64,000 nucleotides of DNA from an uncultured Verrucomicrobiae bacterium (GTDB lineage: Bacteria > Verrucomicrobiota > Verrucomicrobiia > Chthoniobacterales > UBA10450), in contig CAVSDR010000004.1 in the NCBI GenBank assembly GCA_963726745.1, positions 312,687 through 376,686 of the forward strand, read 5' to 3'. The first letter of the stretch is position 1. Every line of letters starts with the position of its first letter. The notes beneath the pieces are model-generated. The model did not search any database. It worked only from the letters and a program-made list of their open reading frames with translations, and had not been told where the DNA came from. Position numbers and translations under genes: made by a program. Shown here one piece after another: positions 1 through 10,438 of this stretch.

Positions 1-1388
1 TGGATGTTTTGGAAGTAATGCCCGTACTCGTGGTGGATCACATCCCAGTCGAAGCGATCGAGCTTCAGGATGTGGAGCTGCTTTACCCCGGAATCGAAGA
101 GCGAGGTCGAGCGCGTCGTCGGGAAACGCACGTCCACCTGCGATGGCGCCGTGCCTGCGAGGCCGCCGGCGTAGCTCCCGATCATCACCAGCGCGTGGTG
201 CACCCCGAAGACGGTCTCGTTATCGGCCGCGTTCCCCGCGGTCAGATTGATCGTTAGGCTGGAGCCGTCCGCGACTTCGTTTGTCGTCGGCGAAGTCATC
301 GCGTAGGTCTCGGCCCCGGCCGCGTCGGGCTTGATGTCGCCGATCGGCGAACGCGCGAGCACGCGCACGAAGATGTCCGGATTGCCCTGCAGGGGGCCGT
401 CGTCGTGGGTGAAGGTTGCTGTGTAATTGCCCGCCGCATTCGTCATCACCGTAGTGATCAACTCCGAGCCGACGACGTCTTCATCGCGGATCTCGACCGT
501 CGCCATCGGCACGCCGTGAGTCTTCCCGCCCTTGTCGGTCCAGAGCACTTTGCCGCTCACCGTGATCGTGACCGGCGCCGCGGGCGAGGCGCTGGTTTTT
601 GGCGGCGCCACCGCGCTCGCCGGCAAAGCCGAGGGGATCACGGCGATCGCCTGCTGCAGGCGTTCTTCGGCCACGGTCATCCGTTCGCGGCTCAAGGGCC
701 GCGCGTCCGCCGGCACCGCCGCGGTCACCACCGCCTCCATCGCTGCGCGCGCGCCCACGGCATCGAGTTCGCCAGTCGCGGCCAGCGTTTGCGCGCGCCA
801 GAGAAGCAGGTCGGTGTAGCTCGAGTAGCTCCCCCACAGACGCCGGCCCTCGGCCAGCGCGTAAAGATCCACCCGCCGCAAGTGCAGCACGTTGCCTTTC
901 ACATCCAGCGCCTCGGCAATGATCTGCGCGCGGCCGTTGCCTGCACCGCGTATCGGCAAGGCGGCCTGCACCGTGCGCGTGGCCCCGGCGGTCCAGGGTC
1001 CGCCTAACGAGAGGACGCGCTCGCCATTGGCCAGCACCCCTTCGCCGCTGGTCCGGATGCGCACCGAAGCGGCGTCGGCGTCCAACGCCACGGTCAAGGA
1101 GGCCGGCAATTCCCCCCTCTCCACCGCCCCGTCCCACGAGGCTTCCACCTGAAGCGAGAGCGGGCCCTTGGCCGAGCAATCGATCGATTCGTTAGGCAAA
1201 TGCGGCCGTGCACTCGTTAGGCCTGGACCCGGCGGACGCGGCGGCGGCGGGGCGGCAGCAGCTGATGGCAGCGTGGCGAGAACGAGACCCAATGGGAGCA
1301 GTGCTACCAGGCAGCGCTGCGCGCGAGTTGACCGACGGGCGCGAAACAGGAAGAGACCCAACGCCCACGAAACCGGGGGGAGTTTCAT
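1..1388 (-). CDS. Probable secreted zincin-type metallopeptidase, runs off the left edge (not in the ORF track)
   Basis: Manual translation from ATG 1388 gives 462 open codons: hydrophobic leader, Pro-rich linker, beta-rich domain (VTITVSGKVLWTD...VEIRDEDVVG), then DWDVIHHEYGHYFQ (HExxH) near the edge. Confidence 0.75.
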   Translation of the reverse strand, partial: MKLPPVSWALGLFLFRARRSTRAQRCLVALLPLGLVLATLPSAAAAPPPPRPPGPGLTSARPHLPNESIDCSAKGPLSLQVEASWDGAVERGELPASLTVALDADAASVRIRTSGEGVLANGERVLSLGGPWTAGATRTVQAALPIRGAGNGRAQIIAEALDVKGNVLHLRRVDLYALAEGRRLWGSYSSYTDLLLWRAQTLAATGELDAVGARAAMEAVVTAAVPADARPLSRERMTVAEERLQQAIAVIPSALPASAVAPPKTSASPAAPVTITVSGKVLWTDKGGKTHGVPMATVEIRDEDVVGSELITTVMTNAAGNYTATFTHDDGPLQGNPDIFVRVLARSPIGDIKPDAAGAETYAMTSPTTNEVADGSSLTINLTAGNAADNETVFGVHHALVMIGSYAGGLAGTAPSQVDVRFPTTRSTSLFDSGVKQLHILKLDRFDWDVIHHEYGHYFQNI

Positions 1389-1502
1389 AGCCCCGCCATG
1401 TTGCAGCCGAGGCCCCTTCACCTGACAAGCTAATTTTTCGCGCCGCCGCCGCGCGGTCCATGCTTAGCGGGAGAAGCTAGAAATTTCCGCAAAGAACTCC
1501 GC

Positions 1503-2021
1503 CTAGGGCCGCGGAAAATACGCCAGCGAGACCGACGCCGCCTTTTGACCCGCCAGCCGGCTCAGTTCCCGCAGGAGCGGGTCCACCTTGCTCTCGTTAG
1601 TCAAAGGCGTCTCCCACTGCACCGCGGTGCGCGCAGCCGCCCCGCCCGCGACGATCTCCAGCCGCCGCTCGCCAAAATCGAAGACCTGTCCCTCGCGTTT
1701 TGCGGGCTGGAAATGTTGCAGGTTATTTGCCCGCACGATCTCCCAAAGCTTCCGATATTCCGCTTCCGAAAGCATCGCCTGCGCTTCCTCCGCGACGGCG
1801 CCTTCGCTCCCCCGCCGGACCGCGAGGGTGCCGCTCTTGCCATCCCAACTCGCTTTCACCGTCTCCGTCGGTGCCCCGGGTTTGCCCGGCGTAATGCTGG
1901 CCACGATCTCCGCCGGCACCGGCAACGCCGCGTCGTCGCCAAATCCACAGGAAGGCAGCAACAAAAGCGCGGCGGCCAGCGCAGCGAGCCGACAATCAGC
2001 GCGACGTGTGGTGTGATGCAT
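1503..2021 (-). CDS. Hypothetical lipoprotein
   Basis: Lipobox-like LAALAAALLLLPS-C; start chosen at ATG 2021. Confidence 0.6.
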   Translation of the reverse strand: MHHTTRRADCRLAALAAALLLLPSCGFGDDAALPVPAEIVASITPGKPGAPTETVKASWDGKSGTLAVRRGSEGAVAEEAQAMLSEAEYRKLWEIVRANNLQHFQPAKREGQVFDFGERRLEIVAGGAAARTAVQWETPLTNESKVDPLLRELSRLAGQKAASVSLAYFPRP

Positions 2022-2102
2022 CGGAGCCTCCCCGATCCTGCCTCTTCCCGCGCCCCGTGGTAAAGGACAGACTTCGGCGGCCTCGCGCACCGCCCTGTCG
2101 GC

Positions 2103-3401
2103 TCAGCGCGCTGTCTGTTTTTCCACTCGGCCCGCTTTCATGACAAAGGCGACGCGCTCGGTCACGGTGATGTCGCTCGTGGGATCGCCCGGGAGCGCGA
2201 TGATGTCGGCTGTTTTTCCTTTCTCAAGCGTGCCGGTGGTGGCGGCGATGCCTAACAAGTCAGCGGCGACGGAGGTGGCCGCGCGGAGGGCATCGATCGG
2301 CGTCATCCCAAAGCTGGTCATGAGCGCGAATTCCTTCGCGTTTTCTCCATGCGGGAAGACGCCGGCATCCGTCCCGAAAGCAATCTTCACCCCCAGCTGG
2401 ACCGCGTTGCGAAACATCTCGCTGCGCGCGGCCGCGGCGGCTTTCGCCTTTTCCTGGATCGCGGGCGGATAGGCAGCAATCTTGCCCATGATGTATTCCG
2501 TCGCCTCGAGCGTGGCCACGAGGTAGGTCCCTTTCGCTTTCATTAGGGCGAGCGTGTCCTTCTTCAAAAACGAGCCGTGCTCGATCGAGTCCACGCCGGC
2601 GTTGATCGCTTCCTTGGCCGCGCTGTCGCCGTGGCAATGCACCGCCACCTTCTTCCGCAGCCGGTGCGTCTCGCTCACCAACATCGCGATTTCATCCGGC
2701 GCAAGCTGCGGCACGTCGACCTCGTCCTTCATCGAGAGGACGCCGCCAGAGACCGCCGCCTTGATCACATCCGCGCCGTTCTTGATCTGGTAGCGCACGG
2801 CCTTGCGGATCGCCTCGGGGCCGTCGGCAATGCCATCGAGCTCATTCGGCTCGCGGCCGAAGAGCGCGTCGCGGAAGCCGTTGGTGTCGTCAAAGTGGCC
2901 GCCGGTGGCGCCGATCCCCTTGGTCGCGGCGAGCATGCGCGGTCCGCGCACGAGGCCCTTCTCAATCGCGTCGCGCAGGGCCACGTCGAGGAACGCCTTG
3001 CTTCCGACATCGCGCACGGTGGTGAAGCCGGCCTCCAGCGTTTTCGCCGCGTTCGGGATCGCCTCAAACGCGGAGAGCGGCACGCTCGTCTCGAGCTCGT
3101 TCAGGCGGCGCTCGTTGTAGGGGCGCGAGAAGTCGGAAGTGAGATGCGTGTGCGCATCGATGAAGCCAGGCGAAAGCGTGGCGTCGCCGAGGTCGATCAC
3201 TTGCGCGCCCGGCGGAATGGCGAGATTCGCGCCGGCGTCCACGATCTTGCCGTTCTCCACCAGGACAACCGCGTTCTGCACCAGCCCGGGCGATTTGCCG
3301 TCAAACATCCGCGCCGCTTTCAGCGCAATCACGTCGGCTGCGCGAGCCGTTGGAAGCTGGAGGAGCAAAGTGAGAGCGACGAGGCTGGTGGCGATTTTCA
3401 T
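2103..3401 (-). CDS. Metal-dependent amidohydrolase (Xaa-Pro dipeptidase-like), exported
   Basis: PGFIDAHTH, GFTTVRD, VAVHCHG, SIEHG, FGTDAG motifs; signal peptide. Confidence 0.85.
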   Translation of the reverse strand: MKIATSLVALTLLLQLPTARAADVIALKAARMFDGKSPGLVQNAVVLVENGKIVDAGANLAIPPGAQVIDLGDATLSPGFIDAHTHLTSDFSRPYNERRLNELETSVPLSAFEAIPNAAKTLEAGFTTVRDVGSKAFLDVALRDAIEKGLVRGPRMLAATKGIGATGGHFDDTNGFRDALFGREPNELDGIADGPEAIRKAVRYQIKNGADVIKAAVSGGVLSMKDEVDVPQLAPDEIAMLVSETHRLRKKVAVHCHGDSAAKEAINAGVDSIEHGSFLKKDTLALMKAKGTYLVATLEATEYIMGKIAAYPPAIQEKAKAAAAARSEMFRNAVQLGVKIAFGTDAGVFPHGENAKEFALMTSFGMTPIDALRAATSVAADLLGIAATTGTLEKGKTADIIALPGDPTSDITVTERVAFVMKAGRVEKQTAR

Positions 3402-3493
3402 GTGCGCAATACAATCGGGCGCCAACGGGACGGCGCGTGGATTTTGTCGCTCGCCATTTCCGGCCGGAAGCAGTTCGATGCCTCCTTTCGTCC

Positions 3494-5149
3494 ATGAAAA
3501 CCTTCCTCTGTTCTCTCCTCCTGGCGCTTTCCTTGGTCTCGTTAGGGCAGGCGACGCCGGACAAAGCGCTGGCTAAATTAGCCGACGACTTCTGGACCTG
3601 GCGCGTGGCGACCGCGCCCTTCAGCGGCGACGACGTTAACCGCATGGAGCGCCCCGGCGGCCCGCGCGATTGGTCGGCCGCGGCGATCGCGCAACGGAAG
3701 GCGAAGCTGGCGGAATTTGACGCGCGCTGGAAGCAGCTCGAGCCCGCCAGCTGGCCCATCCCTGAGCAGGTCGACTATCGCCTGATCGGCTCGGCCCTCG
3801 CGCGGGTGCGCTGGGAACTGGAGATCAATCCGCGCTGGCAGCGCGACCCGCTGTTCTATCTCGACCAGACACTGACCGCGCTGGCCGAGGCGCTCACGGT
3901 CCCGGCGCCGTTCGATGAAACCCGCAGCCGCGAGGTGCTTGCACGTCTGGAGAACATCCCCGCGATCCTGGCGGATGGGAGGGCGAACTTGCAGGATCCG
4001 CCCGCGCCTTTCGCCCGCTCCGCAATCGCCGCGCTCGAGGGCGTGACCGCGCGCCTGACCGAAGGAGTGCGCGCGCTGCAGCCTGCAACCACGCTCTCAG
4101 GCGATCGGCTAACGAGTGCTGCTGCCAAAGCGGCCGACGCGCTCGAGCAATACCGCGCCCACCTGCAGGAGCTGCTGCCGTCGTTGCCCGAAAGAACCGC
4201 AGTTGGCCGCGAGGCCTACCTGTTCTTCCTGCGCAACGTCGCGCTCTATCCATTCACCCCGGAGGAGATCCTGGCGATGGGCCGGCAGGAATGGAATCGC
4301 GCGGTCGCTTTCGAAACCTACGAGCGCGAGCGCAACCGCGCCGTCCCGCCGCTGAAAATAGCCGACAACCTGGAGAAGTGGATCAAGGAAACGGCCGCCC
4401 GCGAAGAGCAGATCCGCGCATTCCTCCCGGCGCACAACCTTCTCACGGTGCCGGAGTGGATGCAGCACTACACCCTGCGCCCGATGCCCGCCTATCTGCG
4501 CCTCCTGAACCAGACGGAAGCGGACGACTTCACCGGGCCGACGCGGCTCTCGGAAAATTGCGTGCGCTACGTCGAGCCGCCCTCGGGGAAGATGGGCTAC
4601 TTCATGCGCGCGACCGCGCAGGATCCGCGGCCGTTGATCGTGCACGAGGGCATTCCCGGGCACTACTTCCAGCTCGCGCTCTCGTGGAAACACGAGGACC
4701 CGATTCGTCGCCATTATTACGACTCCGGCGCGAACGAAGGGATCGGCTTCTACGCCGAGGAGATGATGCTGCAGGCGGGGCTCTTCGACGACAGCCCGCA
4801 CACGCGCGAGATCATCTACAACTTCGCCCGGCTGCGCGCGCTCCGGGTGGAAATAGACGTCAAGCTGGCGCTCGGCGAGTTCACGCTCGAGCAGGCGGCA
4901 AAGTATCTCGAGGAGAAGGTGCCGATGGATCCTGCGACCGCCCGCAGCGAGGCGATTGCCTTTGCCTCCGGTCCCGGCCAGGCGCTCACCTACCAGATCG
5001 GGAAGCTGCAGATCATCGGCTTCCTGGCGGACGCGAAGCTAAAGGAAGGCGAGAAGTTCAACCTGCGCGCCTTCCACGATTTCGTGTGGAAGAATGGGAA
5101 CGTCCCAATCCAGCTGCAGCGCTGGGAATACCTCGGCGAAAAGCCCTGA
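3494..5149 (+). CDS. DUF885 family protein (paralogue 1)
   Basis: HEGIPGHYFQ, EGIGFYAE, PGQALTYQIG, FNLRAFHD; signal peptide. Confidence 0.85.
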   Translation: MKTFLCSLLLALSLVSLGQATPDKALAKLADDFWTWRVATAPFSGDDVNRMERPGGPRDWSAAAIAQRKAKLAEFDARWKQLEPASWPIPEQVDYRLIGSALARVRWELEINPRWQRDPLFYLDQTLTALAEALTVPAPFDETRSREVLARLENIPAILADGRANLQDPPAPFARSAIAALEGVTARLTEGVRALQPATTLSGDRLTSAAAKAADALEQYRAHLQELLPSLPERTAVGREAYLFFLRNVALYPFTPEEILAMGRQEWNRAVAFETYERERNRAVPPLKIADNLEKWIKETAAREEQIRAFLPAHNLLTVPEWMQHYTLRPMPAYLRLLNQTEADDFTGPTRLSENCVRYVEPPSGKMGYFMRATAQDPRPLIVHEGIPGHYFQLALSWKHEDPIRRHYYDSGANEGIGFYAEEMMLQAGLFDDSPHTREIIYNFARLRALRVEIDVKLALGEFTLEQAAKYLEEKVPMDPATARSEAIAFASGPGQALTYQIGKLQIIGFLADAKLKEGEKFNLRAFHDFVWKNGNVPIQLQRWEYLGEKP

Positions 5150-5169
5150 GCTTGCTGTCTAAAAACGAA

Positions 5170-5201
5170 AAAGCCGGTCAGGCTTGCGCGTGACCGGCTT
5201 T
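5170..5201. terminator. Bidirectional rho-independent terminator between DUF885 and rplK
   Basis: AAAGCCGGTCA-loop-TGACCGGCTTT stem flanked by A and T runs, between convergent genes. Confidence 0.8.
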
Positions 5202-5226
5202 CGAAAATTTTGGTGTGACCCGCAGT

Positions 5227-5652
5227 TTAGTCGACGACTTCGAGGCCCATCTGCCGGGCGGTGCCGGCGATGATCCGGAAGCCCGCTTCGTCGGAACGCG
5301 AGTTCAGGTCTTTGCCCTTGGTCTTGACGATCTCCATGATCTGCTTGCGCGTGACTTTGCCGACCTTGGTCTTGTTCGGCTCTTTCGAACCGGCGGCAAT
5401 ATTCGCAGCCTTCTTCAAGAGGATCGCGGCGGGCGGGCTCTTGGTGATGAAGGTGAAGCTCTTGTCCTTGAAGACGGTGATCACGACCGGGAGGATGTCG
5501 CCGGCCTGCTTCTGGGTAGCGGCGTTAAATTCCTTGCAGAACGCCATGATGTTGACGCCCCGAGGCCCGAGCGCGGTGCCGACGGGAGGCGCCGGGTTGG
5601 CTTGGCCTGCAGGGATCTGCAGTTTGATGTGAGCTACGATTTCTTTGGCCAT
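5227..5652 (-). CDS. rplK: 50S ribosomal protein L11
   Basis: [20 protein letters not shown]...[10 protein letters not shown]. Confidence 0.98.
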   Translation of the reverse strand: MAKEIVAHIKLQIPAGQANPAPPVGTALGPRGVNIMAFCKEFNAATQKQAGDILPVVITVFKDKSFTFITKSPPAAILLKKAANIAAGSKEPNKTKVGKVTRKQIMEIVKTKGKDLNSRSDEAGFRIIAGTARQMGLEVVD

Positions 5653-5692
5653 TTTCTTAGAAGTTGCTGGTTAAAATTTGTCCCGCGGAGTT

Positions 5693-6262
5693 CTAGCCGC
5701 GTTCGACCTGCCAATACTCCAGCTCCACCGGGGTGGCGCGGCCGAAGATGGTCACGGACACCCGCAGCTTGCCGCGGGTCGGGTCGATTTCCTCGACGAT
5801 GCCGTTCTGATTCTGGAAGGGGCCATCGGCCACTTTGACCGTCTCGCCCACTTCGAAGCTGACCTTCGGCTTGACGTTCTCTTCCCGCTCCCGCATTTGC
5901 GCGAGCATGCTCTCGACTTCCGAGGTGCGCATCGGGATCGGCTTGTCCTTGGTCCCGGCGAAACCGATCACGCCCGGGGTGTCGCGGACGAAATACCAGG
6001 TGCGGCCGACGAGCTGGTTGTCCTCGTCGAGCAGGTGCATGTTCGCGATCAGGTAGCCGGGAAAAAACTTCCGCGTGGTCTCGCTCTTCTTGCCGCGCTT
6101 AATCTCGGAGACGCGCTCCGTGGGCACGAGGACCTCGAAGACGACGTCGCTCATCTCCTCGGTCTTGACGCGCTTGACCAGGTTGTCGCGCACCTTGTTC
6201 TCCTGTCCGGAGAGCACGTGGATGACGTACCACTGATCTTTGGGGGCAAGGACGTTGGCCAT
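5693..6262 (-). CDS. nusG: Transcription termination/antitermination factor NusG
   Basis: WYVIHVLSGQE, FFPGY, KOW domain, VTIFGRATPVEL. Confidence 0.97.
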   Translation of the reverse strand: MANVLAPKDQWYVIHVLSGQENKVRDNLVKRVKTEEMSDVVFEVLVPTERVSEIKRGKKSETTRKFFPGYLIANMHLLDEDNQLVGRTWYFVRDTPGVIGFAGTKDKPIPMRTSEVESMLAQMREREENVKPKVSFEVGETVKVADGPFQNQNGIVEEIDPTRGKLRVSVTIFGRATPVELEYWQVERG

Positions 6263-6265
6263 GGG

Positions 6266-6484
6266 TCAGCTCAGGCGGGTGAAAAAGTGAATGACGTTCA
6301 CGAGCACGAAGTCGAACAAGGCCACGTAGCCGCCGAGCAGGAGCATCGCGATGATGACGACGAGGGTGGAATCAGTCAGCTCCTTGTAGCGCTTCATCCC
6401 TTTTTCCTTGGGATCCCACGGCCAGGAAGCTTTCTGCAGCTCCACCTTCACTTCGTTGAAGAAGTTTTTCGATTTGGTGATCAT
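6266..6484 (-). CDS. secE: Preprotein translocase subunit SecE
   Basis: EVKVELQKASWP followed by one TM helix; lies between tRNA-Trp and nusG. Confidence 0.92.
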   Translation of the reverse strand: MITKSKNFFNEVKVELQKASWPWDPKEKGMKRYKELTDSTLVVIIAMLLLGGYVALFDFVLVNVIHFFTRLS

Positions 6485-6517
6485 CTGCTGTGTTTTGCGA
6501 AAAGTGGGGAGGAAGCA

Positions 6518-6590
6518 CACGCCAGGAGGGACTCGAACCCCCAACCGACGGTTTTGGAGACCGCTACTCTACCAATTGAGCTACTGGCGT
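6518..6590 (-). tRNA. tRNA-Trp(CCA)
   Basis: Cloverleaf ACGCCAG...CTGGCGT, anticodon loop CTCCAAA, GTTCGAG T-loop; CCA end not encoded. Confidence 0.95.
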
Positions 6591-6613
6591 AAAACTTTGG
6601 CTCCGAATGGTAA

Positions 6614-6646
6614 CGCGCTCCTGCCCGCTTGGCGAACAGGAGCGCG
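6614..6646 (-). other. GC-rich stem-loop between tuf and tRNA-Trp (processing or attenuation signal)
   Basis: CGCGCTCCTG...CAGGAGCGCG inverted repeat. Confidence 0.5.
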
Positions 6647-6658
6647 CACCAAATTAAA

Positions 6659-7843
<1,185 letters not shown>

Positions 7844-7918
7844 CTGGATTCTCCTTGTGTGTTAAACTTCCTACTAAACTGCGTCTGTTGTTTGTTACTG
7901 GCGGCCCTGGGCTCGACT

Positions 7919-7994
<76 letters not shown>

Positions 7995-8245
7995 CGCGTT
8001 TCAAATCTCGCTGTCTGCCGTCGTCCCGCCTAACGAGTCCACCGACAAACCGGTCGCTTCCCGCCAGAGAGGCAAAAGTCCCAAAGCCGCATCAAACTTC
8101 GCAGGTTGAACGACCGTGGGACCTTTTCGTTCCAGCAAAAAGCGTCGGCAAGCTAGCAGCCGACCTCGGGGTGTCAAAGAAATTTCTCCCCCGGGCGCAG
8201 GGGAATTTCCCCCAGCCGCGCAGGAACTTTGCCGCCCCGCTTTTG

Positions 8246-9088
8246 CTAGCGCGGCGAACTCGCAGGCCCGGCCGGTTTCGGCACCGGCGGCTGCTTTGCC
8301 GGAGTCGCACCGGGCACATTGTTGCCTGCCTTGGCGGCGTCGCCCGGCCGCTTGCCCTCCTCGAATTTGATCCGGTTTTGCGCGTCGACATCGCCGGGTT
8401 TGAGCTCGAGCACTTTCTTGTAATCCGCCAGCGCCTCCGCGTCTTTCCCAGCCTGGCTATAGGCGTAGCCGCGGCGGCGATACGCCTCCGGATCCTTCGG
8501 CGATTTCTTCACCAGCGCAGTGAAATCCGCGATGGCTTCGTCATACTTTTTCGCGCTTCGGTAGGCGAAACCGCGACGCTCCAGCGCCGGCGCATCCTCG
8601 GGCTTCTCCGCCAGCACCTTGGTGTAATCCTCGATCGCCTTCTCGAATTCATTCTTCGAGATGTAGGCGAAACCACGGAAGCGATAGCTGTCGATATCGC
8701 TCTCATCGATCTCGACCGCCTTCGAGAGATCCTCAATCGCGCCGTCGTAGTTTTTCTCCGCCACACGCACCTTGCCGCGTTCGCTCAAGCCGTTGGCTGA
8801 TTCCGGTTCCATCTCGATCAGCTTCGTGAAGTCATCGGCGGCTTCCTTGAGTTTCCCGGCCGCCTTGTAGGCGCGACCCCGGTTCAGGTAGTGCTTCGAA
8901 TCTTTCGGGTCGGCTTTAAGCGCGAGCCCGAATTCCTCCGCCGCCTTCTCGTATTGCTTCGCCTTCGCGAGCTCGATTCCCTTCTTCGTGTGCTCCGCGG
9001 AATCACCCTGCGCCCATCCGCGCGGGGTGCTGCTGGCCAAGGCCATCGCGGCTAATCCAATAATCCATCCTGTCTTTCCCTGTTTCAT
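8246..9088 (-). CDS. Exported TPR-repeat protein
   Basis: Signal peptide plus repeated 34-aa TPR units (YxxRG...AIxDY/F). Confidence 0.88.
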   Translation of the reverse strand: MKQGKTGWIIGLAAMALASSTPRGWAQGDSAEHTKKGIELAKAKQYEKAAEEFGLALKADPKDSKHYLNRGRAYKAAGKLKEAADDFTKLIEMEPESANGLSERGKVRVAEKNYDGAIEDLSKAVEIDESDIDSYRFRGFAYISKNEFEKAIEDYTKVLAEKPEDAPALERRGFAYRSAKKYDEAIADFTALVKKSPKDPEAYRRRGYAYSQAGKDAEALADYKKVLELKPGDVDAQNRIKFEEGKRPGDAAKAGNNVPGATPAKQPPVPKPAGPASSPR

Positions 9089-9150
9089 AGTGTGTGCAGT
9101 AAAAATCGCGCCCTCGCCTGCGCCAGGACGCGACCAAGTTGCTGTTTAAA

Positions 9151-9987
9151 TTAGTAATCCTGCCGGCGGTTCATCGCGGCCTTGGCGATGAGGACGCCGA
9201 TGATGACCAGGACAAAGAGTCCGCCGATGGAAATGAGAATATTCTCGCGCGTGAGCAGAGATTCTCGCGGCGTGGGCGCCGGGGGCGGAGTCGCCTGCGG
9301 AGCGGCGGGCTGCGCGGCCTGCGGCGGCGGGGCCGAAGCCGCGGCCATCTGCGCGCGGACGAACATCAGTCGGTCCTGCGCGGTGAAGTCGTCCGGCTTC
9401 AGCTTCGTTGCCAGTTCGAGATCAGGCAGCGCTTTGTCGAATTGCCGCAGGGCCACATAAGCGTCCGCCCGGCGGTTGAGCGCCAGCGTGCTGTTGGGAT
9501 TCTGCGCCAGGGCGGCATTGTAATCCTCCAGCGCGGCGTTGTAATTTTTTTGCCGGTAATAGGCCAGGCCGCGCCGCTCGAGCGTGCGGGGATCGTTCGG
9601 CTTCAACTCCAGCGCCTTGGTAAAATCCTCCATCGCGAGGTCGAGTTTCCCGAGCTCGCTGCGGGCCGCGGCCCGGTTGGAATAGGCCGCGTAATCCTTC
9701 GGCAGCAGCTCGACCGCCTTGGAAAAATCGGCTTCCGCCTCCGTAAATTTGCTCATCGCGAGGTAGATCCCGCCGCGCTGGTTGTAGAGCCGCACATCCT
9801 TCGGGCTCGCCTCGATTGCGGCGGAAAATTCCGCGATCGCCGGCTCAAAGGCGCCTTGTTGCGCCAGCTCCGTGCCCTTCTTCGCATGTTCCGCAGCGCC
9901 GCCTTTTTTCTGCGCCTGCAACGGCAGCGCAAGAGCGCAGCTGAAGAGCGCCACCGCGCCGAACGTGATCAATCGATTGTGTGCCAT
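9151..9987 (-). CDS. TPR-repeat protein with signal peptide and C-terminal TM anchor
   Basis: TPR units, Pro/Ala linker, ILISIGGLFVLVIIGVLIA. Confidence 0.85.
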   Translation of the reverse strand: MAHNRLITFGAVALFSCALALPLQAQKKGGAAEHAKKGTELAQQGAFEPAIAEFSAAIEASPKDVRLYNQRGGIYLAMSKFTEAEADFSKAVELLPKDYAAYSNRAAARSELGKLDLAMEDFTKALELKPNDPRTLERRGLAYYRQKNYNAALEDYNAALAQNPNSTLALNRRADAYVALRQFDKALPDLELATKLKPDDFTAQDRLMFVRAQMAAASAPPPQAAQPAAPQATPPPAPTPRESLLTRENILISIGGLFVLVIIGVLIAKAAMNRRQDY

Positions 9988-10438
9988 AGATTTTTGTCTC
10001 CTCGTGTCTCTTCGTTTTTCGGCGACGAAGCGTTTGCAGACCAGCAAAATTAAACTGCCCCCTTGCCCACGACGACGCCCTTGCCGCCACCGCACCCCGC
10101 CGACGCGTCCGGTTTTTCCAAGGGGCACGCTGCCATCCTCGCGACCAATTTCATGGCCTTCCTCCAGCTTCTCGCCCTCGGCCTTTCGGCGAGCACCTCA
10201 CGAGCGCACAGAGCCATGCGGCTGAAGCCGCGGCAGCCCGCCGCGGCGCGAGGTCCGCGCAAAACCTCGCGCGCGACTGGCCGCCCAGCGCCCGCGTCCT
10301 CCATCATTGATCCATAAAGGTTGCTGCCTAACGAGTCTCGACGGCCACCGCAGGCTTGACCAAGGCGCCCATTTTTTGGTATCCGGGGCGTCTCCCCGAA
10401 AGTGCATTTCGAGGATCACCGTAGAAAGGAATCCAGCC

